Under the pieces are notes generated by a model. The model was given only the letters and a program-made list of their open reading frames with translations. It made no database searches and was not told where the DNA came from. From assembly GCA_964035575.1 (NCBI GenBank), contig OZ037833.1, forward strand, positions 2,046,001-2,110,000: a stretch of 64,000 nucleotides of DNA. The letters run 5' to 3'. Shown here one piece after another: positions 21,144 through 33,009 of the stretch (the stretch's first letter is position 1; the number at the start of each line of letters is the position of its first letter). This DNA comes from Rhynchopus sp. YZ270_cl-10. Its lineage: Eukaryota. Made by a program: the position numbers and the translations under genes.

Positions 21144-23365
21144 TCACAACTTGCACTGTTCCTCAGAGACAAAACCCGCCTCTTTGCTCCAACACTCCCT
21201 GCCGAGAACAAATGTTTTGAGCGGCTCCAGAGTACTAGAGTCAAATAGAACGAAATCTGCGTCTGCGCCGTATTCGAGATGTCCTTTCCTGTTGTTGTTG
21301 GTGTTGTTGTTGTTTCTTCCAAATTTGTACTGATTCTACTCAAAATACTATTCATATTTCATTTTGGTTTGTTTTGTTTGTTTACATACCTCCTTTCAAT
21401 CCCAAGCGCCTTCGCTGGGTGCAGCGACGCACACACCATCGCCTCCGCAATACTACACCCCGTAAACCTTACCAAATTCTTGACACATTCTATCAACGTC
21501 GGCACTGCACCTGCTAATGTGTCTTGCCCTTCTAAGGTTGCTTTATACACCAAATGCCCTCCATAACGCTCCGGCACACGCGTTTCCACTACGGTCACCT
21601 CTTTTCCTGCCAATTTGTACGAACCTGGTGGCATTCCCATCGCTTCCATTGCGTCGGTTACGAGAATACAACCGTTTGGGTGCGCTTCGTATGCAATACG
21701 AACCGACGCGGGGTGGGTGTGCAGGCCGTCAACGATAATACCGAAGTACGGCTTGTTTGGTATATCTGACCCAAGAATTCCAATGAGCCCAGGGTCGCGG
21801 TGAGAGAAGGACCGCATTGCGTTGTACAGATGGGTGACTAGGCTTGCTCCGTGCGCGACACCTGCCTCTGCCTCGCAGAGGGTGGCGTTACTGTGACCTA
21901 CAGAAACCTTGACACCCCTCTGCGTCAACCCTTCAATTGTCGCTAAGGCACCTTCCACCTCAGGCGCAATGGTAACCAACGCCACTGCCTCCATCCGCCC
22001 ATACATCGCCACCGCATCCTGAAACCCCCTCTTCGGTGGAATAATCAACTCCCTATCGTGCGCACCGTTCTTCAACTTCGACAAAAACGGACCCTCCAGA
22101 TGACATCCTAACATATGAGCACACCCATTCTCCCCTCCCTTCTTTGGAAGCAAAATCCCAAGATTCTTCCGATAAAGCTCCGGACCACTAGTAATAACAG
22201 TAGGACAATACGAAGTACATCCATGAGAAAGAATGCCTTGAGAGACCTTCCGAACGCCAGAGGGTGTGAGGGAGGGGTCTGTGAAGTCTACACCAAACGC
22301 ACCGTTTATTTGTATATCGACCAGCCCTGCACAACAGAACGCTCCGTGGCCATTTACAATCGTTTCTGCTGCGTACTCCTCTTCTTCATGCGCTTCCCAG
22401 AAGCGTGCGGAGGGGTCGATCACCCTGCCTTCTCTGATCCAGAGGTCGTCTTCTACAAAGGTGGTACCACGGAGAAGCTTTATGTTTACTACCTTCATGA
22501 CTCCTGAACCTTGAGAAATGGGTATTTTGATATCCAATGGGGTGAAGGCAGCGGGGGTGAGGTCGTTGTGGAGTGCGTTCTGTTCTAGGTCTTTGTAGTA
22601 TGTGTAGGTGCTGCGCAGCATTCCTTCGCATGCGTCTTCGTCGGAAACGACGGTTGCTGCAGGGTGGTTTTGAAAGTATGTTAAACTGTTTGAATGTGAT
22701 ATCTCGGCATTCGTCAACGCAACCACCGCATCCCCCATCCCCACCCCCACCGCAATAGTGAGCAGTTCTCTCGCAGACAAAACAGTTTGCACCCCAACCG
22801 TCAACCCAATTCTCGGCACCTCCCAGGTCTCATCCGGTCCGATAATCGCATGGGTCTTCCTCGTTGAAGAGGACAACGTCTTAACTCGGGTGACGCTCGC
22901 CAAAGAGGATCCTGGCATATTAAAACCAACATGCCCATCGCATCCAGGGGAGCACACAGAGAAGTCCAACCCTCCGGTGTTCGCAATCTGTTGCTCAAAT
23001 AGACTGCATTCTTGATCTAAATTATCCGCATTTCCATCAAGGATAATGACATTCTGTGGTTTCACGTCAATGTGTTTCAGCAAAGCACGCCAGAGAATAG
23101 CATGAACCGATTGAGGGTGTGATTTGGGCAGCCCACAGTACTCATGCGATGCGAAGAAGGTGACGTTCTGGAAAGACACCATGTGGTCGCGGTGGTGACG
23201 TACGAGGCGGTCAAGAAGGGGGTGGATCATTGCATTCGGGGAAACCAAGATGTTAAATGTTTTGCGGGTTTCCGACGGCACAAAATCACGTATTCTCTGA
23301 ACTAATAAACGGGTCGCATCACGATACACATCCTCAGGTGACGCCTTAATGAATACTCTTGGCAT
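21144..23365 (-). CDS. Fusion of a glucosamine-6-phosphate deaminase-like domain (NagB) and N-acetylglucosamine-6-phosphate deacetylase (NagA); exons 21390-23365 and 21144-21288
   Basis: NagB-like HEYCGLP..HPQS, GCDGHVGFNMPGSSL; NagA GLVDIQING, HLEGPF, GHS, THLYNAM, DGLH, LVTDAM, TLAG; an intron at 21289-21389 restores KGHLEYGADADFV and ends in CKL*. Confidence 0.9.
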
Positions 23366-23708
23366 TGTTACCCACCCGTTGTCTGCAATAGTGAGGGTAA
23401 AAAGAGGGGGAAGGAGAATAAAAGTAAAGTTGATAGTGCAAACGTGAATAAAAAAAATGTCTTTTTTTTTTTTGTCTCTTTTCTCATAATTCATATGCAA
23501 GGGTGTGTTCTGCTTGAAATATTTCTGGTGATTTGGTAGCCCTTAAGGATGACCTTTGCTTTTGTTCCCCTCTGATTCTCACGTTGTAGGAGAGTCATCT
23601 TTTTGTCTCGGTATTTACAGAAAGTCTTTAGAGAAAGATGGAAAGGTGGGCGTTATATTGCGCACATCCGGTGAAGAAAACAGAGAAAAAAAAAAAGAAC
23701 TGTGGTTG

Positions 23709-23763
23709 ATGCAGGCACCTCCGACTGACCCACCTACGATGCCAGCCATCCGGATGAAAGCAC
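23709..23763 (-). other. Dispersed hairpin family A copy
   Basis: atgcaggcacctccgactgacccacctacgatgccagccatccggatgaaagcac. Confidence 0.8.
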
Positions 23764-24567
23764 AAAAAAAAAGGGGGAAACGCTCATATAGAGTTGTGCA
23801 TGCACCACGAGAATGCGTTTTCACAATTGTTGGATTTTGTTTTTGTTTTTTTTTGTTGGGAAACAAAAATGAGGTGCTAGAGTGGGGTGGTGTTGGGCGG
23901 TGTGGAATAACTAAGAGAAAAAAAACATAAGAAAAAAATATACAATGTTTTTTTTTTTTTGCTGAACAAAAGAAGAAGAAAAAATATGGCAAGATGAAAA
24001 AAAAATACCCCCAAAAATAAAAAACAATGGCATCGAACAGCACGCGTTTTTTTCCCCCCCCTCGAGAGAACTGGAGCTCACAGTTCCATGAAAAACCCAG
24101 GAGTCATTCATGTCCAAAATTCTCATTTCTTTTTTTTTTTTTTTTTTTGTATTCTTTCAAAAAGAAGAAGGTATGGAGAATGTGTCCATGTACACAATCG
24201 TCTCCATCCTTTTGTCCAAAATGGCGAATGTCGTCTACGGATTCCAATGAATCCTAAAAATACCAAAAAAATCTCGAAAAAAAAAACAAAACTAGACACA
24301 AAAACCTAACCTCTCTCAACACAAACTAAAGGTTGAACGGAAGCGTAAACGCTCCTAATAAGGATCAAGGGGGTGAGTCTTCAGCAAAACCTTCACATAT
24401 AAAAGAAAACGTGAGGTTTTCGAGAGCCCGATCGACTACAAAACAAGAAAAGGAAACACACACACACACACACACTTGAAAGATGAATATGCCTCTCACA
24501 CACATTTTTCAAAAATGCATCTGCAATGGCATCTCTGCCACCACTCTGTGGGTGATCGAACCCCTCG

Positions 24568-24734
24568 AAGTGTTTGCACTTTGGGAGGTGCTTTGCCGGA
24601 AAATAATACAAGAATAGAGCATAAACGCCTCGCCGTGCAACCTAGCGGACGCAAAACACCGAACAATGAATCTGTGAAACATGAAAAAACACACAGGAGG
24701 GTTAGAGGATGAAACAACCACTCTCTCGCTCTCT
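24568..24734. repeat. Second copy of the about 165-bp dispersed repeat, ending in (CT)n
   Basis: Homologous to 18334-18499. Confidence 0.8.
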
Positions 24735-25553
24735 CTCTCTCTCTCTCTCACTCTCTTTGTCTGTTCACCGGATAATTAGTTAGATTTTTTCTTCTTTGAT
24801 AAATTTGGTTGGAGTAGTGTAGTTGCCTCGGTTGTGTTGCCACAGTTGTGCAATCTCCACTGTCAACTCTTTTTTTTTATTGTCCGGATCTTCACTGTTG
24901 GTTTGTCTGTTCACTCGCTTCCCTCAAGTAATAAACTGTTCGTGTTTTTTTTGGATAATTTCGAGCCGACGCAAGATTCAGATGATAAGCTCGTTCTTAG
25001 TATGATTAGATTACTTAATGTTTTGAACATTGGTTATTCATCAATCTTTTTTTGTTGTATTTTTGAATCCTTTTTTGTCACGTTATTAGTCACTTTGAAT
25101 ATGAGAAATCTACTGATGTAAGAGCAGTAGGCACACACACACACACAACTATTGCAAAGATGTGTAAAGAAATGCCATTTTTTTTTTGCTGACAGCACCT
25201 CTGAATTGGGAAGAAATTTAACAAAGGTTTTTGGGGGCAAAAAAAGGGCGATTTTCACTCTTATCTGCAGTGTTCTTGCTCTCTGGCAAGACTTCTTTGG
25301 GGATCTGGTTAGTTTTACAGCAGAGGGCAGGCTGTTGCACAGAGGGGGAAAGAGAACAGTGAATATCATGATCACATACACTGAGATATTCACAAGAAAA
25401 AGAGAAGTTAGGCTAGCTCCAATCCGATCCTCTTTGTGCTATAGTTCCCTCTATAGTATGCGTTTGACACATAGTAAATTTTGCGGAATATTACGATATT
25501 TACAATATGTGTTTACACAACGAAACGCTCGCAGACTACAACAAAAAAAGGTG

Positions 25554-25598
25554 AAGTTGATAGTGCAAACGTCTCTACGACGCAAGCACTGACACTCC
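25554..25598 (-). other. Dispersed hairpin family C copy
   Basis: Near-identical to 62895-62941. Confidence 0.75.
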
Positions 25599-26019
25599 GC
25601 GGGTTAAAAAAAAAGTATTTTCATCATATGCAATCAATAAATTGATAGTATATGGTGAGGGATCAACAAAAATGGTCCCATCTTTCTTTTTATGTTGTGT
25701 GTTTTGCAAAACGTAGAAAAGAAAAGTAAAATGCTTCGTGCACAAGTTGAAACTTCAGTAGATTGGTTTCTGATATTAACCCTGTTTCAGTCCTAAGAAT
25801 CATAAAAAAAAAAAAAAAAAATAGAACACATCATAAGACACATTATTTAGTGAAGAAAAAAAAAACGGAGGGGGGGAAAGTAGGTAAGAATGAACGTAAG
25901 CTTCACTGTGCTTAGTCACCTGAAGGAGCAGATCTTTCTACAGAGGCAAGAGTTGTACAACACGAGATATTCAAATCCAAAATGTCCACATAACACACAA
26001 AAAATAAAGAAAAGTTTAT

Positions 26020-26052
26020 AAGATGATCCTAAGCCTCTCGTGCTTAGTCACC
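26020..26052 (-). other. Dispersed hairpin family B, representative copy
   Basis: Sense strand GGUGAC-UAAGC-ACGAGAG-GCUUA-GGA-UCAUCUU; about 20 related copies in the window. Confidence 0.8.
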
Positions 26053-26374
26053 AATAAAAGTTACCCTTGCAATACAAAGCCCTGGCTGTGTATCGTAAAA
26101 GCACAAAAAATAGGTACATAACCCTGACAGCAAAGCATAAAAAAAAGGAGAACAGGTTGTGAATACACAGACCTCCCATTTTGTTTTTTTTTTTTCGAAT
26201 CATCGGAAAAAATACAGTACCATCGCCAACACCGCCATGGAGTTGCACACCCCTAAAAGAACCCTCCCCAACCCTCCCGAATCACTCCTTTTTTTTTGGA
26301 TAGATTATGCCAAGCAAAGACACCCCCCCTAACAAATGAGTACGCTGAAATGAGAGAGGCTAGGTAGGATGTTC

Positions 26375-28057
26375 TCAGCACGCTGCACCTGGGCGGGGTT
26401 CTGTGCTTATGCAGGAGCGGAAGAGGGATTCGGAGGAGAGGTTGTCACGGCTGGCTTGTGAGGCAATGGTGAGGGAGGTCTGCCTTGCGAGGTCGTGGCT
26501 GGGCTTGGGGGAGCTGCGCACGTCTGCGTCGGCAGCTCTGGCGGCATGATCCGCATCTGCACCCGCCTTATCATCGTAGTACTGAAGAGGTGCTGGTTCA
26601 TGTCTCGCAGGTTCGCTTGCACTCAGCTCAGGACTGCTCTGGTGAGAAAATACAGGAGAATGTGTACGTGAAGACTCGTTCGCCTGTCGGGGTGCAACCC
26701 CCCTAACCCCAAAGGCGCTAGTAAGCAGTCGACTTCCCCTAGTCCCAAAGGCGCTAGAGGAAGCCTTAAAGTGTCTCCCAAACGTAGAAGCATGTGTAGG
26801 TGAAATAGGCTCCATAACAAAGTCTTCGGATGGAATGCAGGCAATGGTAGAGGCACCAAGCGACGCAGGGGAGGTGGGGCGTGGCTCGTCGCGCAGGAAG
26901 GCCATGTCTGAGACGCTGACGGCAGGGCGCACAGTCTCGGGTGTTTCCTTGCCTTTGTGCACGATGACGATGGAGCCGTCGTCGACAGTGGTGGGCTCGT
27001 GCCGGCGTTCACACACAACGTCGAGGTCGACAGCAAAGGCGCCACCCAAGGAGCTTGAGATGCTGTCCATCTGTGCTGCGGGGAAGGTCAGCACAGCGCC
27101 GTTCTGCAGGCCGTCGGGGAAGAGGTGCGACGAGTGCATCTGCAGGTTGAAGAGCACCTCACGTCGCCGGAACTCGTTCACACTCCACATTGTGATGTTG
27201 AAGTCGTCGTCCACATGTGTGTCCACCACAAGCTCCACTGTCTCTGTGCTCCCTGTCACACGCCGGCGTGAGTGGCGGTGGATGCCTTCCTCACCAGGTG
27301 TGAACACAACAGACTTCGACATCCGTGCACGGTTTGAGAACGCGTTCCCTTGCGAGTACACTGCACGCACGTGCTCAATCTCCACCACAACCTTTGCGCG
27401 TGCCATCACAGACGCAGGGATCCCACGCAAGGTAATGAGACGCACAAGAGCAGGCATGTGTGGAGGTGGGGTGAACATCTGCCGCGAGGACATCCCCATT
27501 GAGAAGTACGAGAGGTAGCGCAGCTGCGAGGGTGTGAAGTGCACAGGGTCCTTCCGCTTCCCACGGTACCACCCCACAGCAGTCTTCTCGTCCACAAACA
27601 GGTTTGTGTACAGCATGAAGCTGATCACACACAATGCCGCACGCCCCTCCCCAGGCCCATCCAGCAACACCAGCACACGTGAGTTCGGCCGTGCCAGGTG
27701 CTCCGTCACCACCGCCACAAAGCTCCACAGCATCTGCAACGATGGGGTGGCCTCCTTGCACGCAAAGCACGCCACAGGCCCTTCGTGCAGCACCGCAAGT
27801 GTCCCAGACTCCCCCGTCAGATCCACAAGCAGGCAGTTGTACCCACGGAACTCCTGCTGGATGCGCGCCTTCACCCACTCCGACCCACGCCCCAGCGACG
27901 ACGCCACCACATTCTGTGCAGGCGGGCGCACCAAGACCACTTCCCGCGTCACAGGGCTCAGCAGGCCCTCCTCCTTCCCACCCACAACACCCCCCACAGC
28001 CTCGCCTACGTTACCAAGAGCAGATTGCGCTACTTTCAAGAAATCCCCGAAAGGCAT
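26375..28057 (-). CDS. PTEN/tensin-like phosphatase-C2 protein (catalytic Cys absent), paralogue 1
   Basis: LLDGPGEGRAA in place of HCxxGxGR; TPSQLRYLSYF motif; C2-like region. Confidence 0.75.
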   Translation of the reverse strand: MPFGDFLKVAQSALGNVGEAVGGVVGGKEEGLLSPVTREVVLVRPPAQNVVASSLGRGSEWVKARIQQEFRGYNCLLVDLTGESGTLAVLHEGPVACFACKEATPSLQMLWSFVAVVTEHLARPNSRVLVLLDGPGEGRAALCVISFMLYTNLFVDEKTAVGWYRGKRKDPVHFTPSQLRYLSYFSMGMSSRQMFTPPPHMPALVRLITLRGIPASVMARAKVVVEIEHVRAVYSQGNAFSNRARMSKSVVFTPGEEGIHRHSRRRVTGSTETVELVVDTHVDDDFNITMWSVNEFRRREVLFNLQMHSSHLFPDGLQNGAVLTFPAAQMDSISSSLGGAFAVDLDVVCERRHEPTTVDDGSIVIVHKGKETPETVRPAVSVSDMAFLRDEPRPTSPASLGASTIACIPSEDFVMEPISPTHASTFGRHFKASSSAFGTRGSRLLTSAFGVRGVAPRQANESSRTHSPVFSHQSSPELSASEPARHEPAPLQYYDDKAGADADHAARAADADVRSSPKPSHDLARQTSLTIASQASRDNLSSESLFRSCISTEPRPGAAC

Positions 28058-29158
28058 TTGTGTGTATTCTGTGGAGGATATGACTATGCACGACACAACA
28101 TCGCAAACGGTACAAAACAATATTCTCTTTCTTTTTCTCTCTCTTTTCTGAGAATTCTTGCTGACTGCACCAACCGCTTTGCCAACAACAGCGCTAGGAG
28201 AAGGGGTCAGCTGAAGTGGCAAAACGGGCCAAAAAAAAGAGGAATAGAACTTTCAGTGTTGAATGCCAAAAGAGACGAAACCCCAAAACCTCTGCTTCAA
28301 TAGTGGTTGTGGTGTTTTCCCCATAGTCAGCTACGATACCTTCCCCCCCTCCTTTCCCCCGTTCCTTCTCTGAGGGGGTTCAGGCTCAGCTGCTTCAAAA
28401 CAAACAAAACTTTAAACATCCAAATTCCAAACAAAAACAGGGTCATATATGCACATTTCTCCCCCACTCCCACAACTGAACAATACCATTAAGGCTTTCT
28501 TGGATCAAAAAAGAAAAAGAAAATTTGATAAGATGACCCTAAGCCTCTCGCGCTTAGTCAGCTTTGATCAAAAGGTACGATGCATCTAAACCTCATGTTT
28601 AGTCAAACAAAGAATACCTCATAAAAAAAAATTGTAAAGATGAAAATGCCTCTTGTGCACAACAACAACAACTTTAGAAGGAAATGCCAAAAGGAATTTG
28701 TCGAAGATGTGACCATGGGGGAGGGGGAGGTACAAATAGAGCATCCTCTCGCGAAGACACAGACTCATGCCCTCAGAAGACGACAAAAGGGAGGAGGGGT
28801 TAAAAAAGGGGTATTTTAATATCGCAGGAAAGGGGGGGGGGGGAAAGGAGGGAGAAAAAAAATTGATTAGATGAGCCTCAGCCTCCGCTGCTTCACCTAA
28901 AAATGAAGGAGAACCAAGAAAAAAAAACCCCCTTGACAAGATAAAGAGATGCACTACCTCACTCTGTACGCATCAAAAAATAATAAGACCAAACCACCAT
29001 GGACATGTGTCCACAGGAAAAGAAGAAGAAAAGAAAAAAAAACCTTGATCAAAATGTGCCTTGTGTATGCACCTCATTACGCCTTTCTTTTTCAAAAAGG
29101 TGTTTTGTTTTAGAGTAAACCAATCAAGCGGGGCCCGGTAGATATCCCCCAGCCCTTA

Positions 29159-29457
29159 CTGGGGGGGGGCGAATAAGAGATGTGGCATCTCTTATTAGGC
29201 GAACGGACGAGCCAAAAATAAAAAAAAAATTTTGGGGGAAAAAAAGCAAATAGACATTTTCGCCGGAGGCAAAAAAAATTTTTTGACCACTTTTTTGCCA
29301 GACCGGGTAGACAGGGTAAAATTTCAAAATGTTTTTTCAAGATAAAACCCTGGTGCGTGCAAAAAAAAAAAAAAAAATACCCCTAAAATCTCAACCTGAT
29401 CTCTTATTCGGCCCTAATCTCTTATTCACCCCTGATCTCTTATTCGCCCCCCCCCAG
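29159..29457. mobile_element. TA-flanked MITE, second copy
   Basis: Near-identical to 13731-14031; TIRs and TA flanks. Confidence 0.88.
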
Positions 29458-31613
29458 TAACGATTTGTTTTTTTTTTTTTTTTTGATTTTTTTTTGTTGC
29501 CATAGCTTTCGAACGCGCGTTCGAAAAACGAAAACGCGCAAATCCAAAATCGGTTGCAGAACAAAAAAAAAAGAATGCCACTCACGATACACGCAGAGCG
29601 CTCTGTAGATAATAGTGCCTTGCTTAATGAGTGGAGAAGGTTCTGAAGGTGCCTCACAGAGACCTCGAGAGGAGGGGTGTACAAAACTAAACCGAAAGAA
29701 GAGGGAGAAAAAAAAAACCAGAAAGACAACTTCAAAGATTCATGGCTTCAAAAAGCTAAACAAATAAACATCAAGGTGAAAATGGGACACACAATAAATA
29801 TAACCACGTATCTCGGTAAAAGCTAGAACAAACACCTAGATACTCATGTGTATCGCACACCCACTCCATTCTCACCTTTATAATAGCATCAATATGCAAC
29901 GAGGGGGGTTTTGTGCACAAAATTTGATGTGAATTGAAACAAGAAAATTCAGGAAAAAAGAACAAAAACAAAATCACCCCCCACAACACTCTTGTGTATG
30001 CACAAGAAATGAGTTGGGTAGAAACATTTTTTGTCGTTAATAAAAATCGTCAAAGAGTATAGAAAAATGGTGAGAGCCTCGACAAGACTTAAAACCGCAC
30101 CAAAATTTAAAAGATGTCATCTTTAAAATAGCAAATATAGCACAAAAAAAGAAAAAGTTCGGGAGAGAGAGAGAGAGAGAGAGATTGTGTTTATGAGGAA
30201 AACACAGCCTTTTAAATGTTACAAAATGAACCCCCCCTCTGTTAGTGTAGCTTGCCTTGCAATTACCCTTTTGCAGTTCTTTTGAAATACTTCGTTGCAT
30301 TTGACTTCATTTTTTTTTTTTTTTATAGTTTCGACAATCACCAGTCCGAGGACGGGTTCTGTACACAACGTCGCCCGAAGGCTAATGAATTTCACAGGTA
30401 TAAATGCAGTTTTTTCCCTTCTCCCCATTTATATTAGCCCAAAAAAGCAATTATTTTGAGGAAGTAGAGTTGCGACAAAGTTAAATACCCATGAAAGGTG
30501 TATACAAGGAGTGGGGATTGCTCTATCTATCACCCTCAATGAAAAAAGGGAAAGAGAAATTGAACCTTTCAAATGCCCCACCGGACACCACGCCGGACAC
30601 AAGGCACCTAAAAAGAAAATCTTGAAGAATGAATGTGCCATGCCGCACACCACTATAAGGCTACCTAGACCTTAAGGTAAGTACAGTAGTCCAAATTTGA
30701 CATCCAAATAATCGCGAATTTGGGCAATTTAACACCTTTCTTTGGACACCAATATTTGGACCACTGTATTGTTTTTTGACACACGGTTAAGCCTTTTTGG
30801 GGGAAAGGAAAAAAAAATATCAGACTCTTGTATTTTGCATACGATGGGTATGTTGTTAAAGCAATTAAACATTGCCATAAAAAGGGCAGGAAGGTTTTTT
30901 TTTAAAAAATGCAAGATGAACATAAGCTATGCTTAGTCACCTTCAAACAAGTATCCGACAAGGTTATGACACAATTTTTTTAAGGAATTGGAGATGGGGT
31001 TTTTGGTTGTTTTACGCCGTAAAAAAAATATCATCATGTCAAAAACGACAAGGCTCAATTACATTTTAACAAACCTCTAAGGCTAGGGTATTTACAAAAC
31101 GACACACCTCATCCATGAGAGTGGGAGGGTTGGTTGGGTTTTTTTTTAAAACGTGGAGAAAAATATATAATGGAGTTGAGACGAAATAAAGAAAACGCTT
31201 TCTTGGGCGTACATAACCGGACCAGCTCCGGGACCATCTTGTGGGTTCTTCTGCGTGAAATCAAAAAAGAACAAAAAAAAACAAAAACAAAAAACACCGA
31301 GTCTATGGCATTGCACTCACTTTCGTTTTTCATCCCATGGAGAAACAAAGCGTGGGGGGATCTATGAGAAGCGAGGCGAATGAATAAGAAAAAAAAGAAG
31401 AATTGCCTCATATACTAACTATTCTACTGAATAGAAGGTATAATAGGGTGCACTAAATGTACCCAAACTTTTTACTTTATGTGGATTGTTTGTTTAGAAG
31501 AAAGGTTTATAAGATGACCCTAAGCCTCTCGTGCTTAGTCTGAATAGATTATTATTTGGTTCATTCATCAGTGCTTAGTCACCTTGATCACATTAAAAAA
31601 AGTGAAGTTATTA

Positions 31614-31668
31614 ATGCAGGCACCTCCGACTGACCCACGCACGATGCCAGCCATCCGGATGAAAGCAC
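31614..31668 (-). other. Dispersed hairpin family A copy
   Basis: Matches 23709-23763 except in the apical loop. Confidence 0.8.
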
Positions 31669-33009
31669 AAATAAACAAAAATGTTATCAGGTAAACCTAT
31701 TCCTCTCCGTGCTTAGTTACCTTCAAAAAAGGGGTGGGAGAAAAAAAAAAAGAATATTGTTTCACATCTGAAAGGATCCCTTTAAAGAGTTGGTAAGCTA
31801 CTCCTCTAAGCGTTCATGATTTTTGGTCACCTTCACATCGGAAGATGTAGGATGGATCTCGCATGGATCACAATTTAAATTCAAATACTTTCAATTCAGC
31901 ACAGAAAGCATATAGGGGTGTTAGCGCACAACACTTTCTCTCTACCACCACCACCATCCCATAGAACCTTCACAGAAGAGAAAAACCCAAGAATTATTTC
32001 ATACCATTCTATTGAATAGAATAGTATAAATGGTGTTCCTGAAACACCATTTAGTCAAGGAAGGATGTCATTATAGGCCCCCTCCGGAACACCAATAAAC
32101 CAAGAAAAAAAATATGAGAAAAGATGAAAGTGCCCCTCTGTGCACACATCTCTAATCTGCATTGGAAGTTAGGTTCGAACGGTTAGAACGACAAAAAAAG
32201 AACAAACACAAAAATAAGCCTCTCTGTGCTTAGTCAACCAAATGGTGTCAGCTGGTCTTTGAAGTGCAAAGACCAAACAAAATCTACCAAGAGACAGCAA
32301 AGAGAGAAAAATCAAGTTTATAGTGCAAAACGCTACGGAAAGGCACTAAAAACAGACAAAAATACAAGATAATCAAGGAAAAGGAAACTGGACAGATGAG
32401 GCCAAAAATGGCACAAAACCCGTCGCCTTTTTGTATTCACAAAAGAAAGAGCCCCGGGCCGATTAAGCAGGAGAAAGTATATCACAAATGGAAAGTCATG
32501 GTTCTTGTTTCGCTTTTTTGGAGAGAAACGTCATAAAAGAAAAAAAAAGCGAATTGCATAAAAAGAACCCGGGTAAGAAAACGGGTTGTATGGACTGAGG
32601 GGGGGTATGCGTGTCTGCTTATGACCTAGACGGGTGTAGCTCCTCCAGGTGCAGCCGACGGTTCATTTGGCTGTGGACGCAGCGTCACGCTGAAAGATGG
32701 GAAAAAGAGATGTTGAAAGTGCAAACGCCTCACCGGACAATCGGGGGACGCAGGGTACTGAAAGAAAAATATGTTAACACGGGCTTACGTTAAGAGACGA
32801 GCACCAATGAGACAGGCACAGAGCATGGGCATATATTGTGCCAAGAAAAACAGCAAAAACAACACTTGAAAAAATATAGTTCAAGTTGGAAAAGTCTAAC
32901 AAAGAATGTGAAAGGAACAGAGCAACCAAACGAAAACGGCTGTATCGCCATTTTGAGAATATTTTATTTCTTTCCATGCCCCGTGCCGAGAGGCAAAGGT
33001 GTCTAGGAT

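Noticed and set aside
26020..26052. Hairpin families as hammerhead, twister, SECIS or H/ACA RNAs
   Set aside because: No CUGANGA/GAAA core, twister motifs, SECIS quartet with AA loop or terminal AGA/ACA box evident by eye on the sense strand
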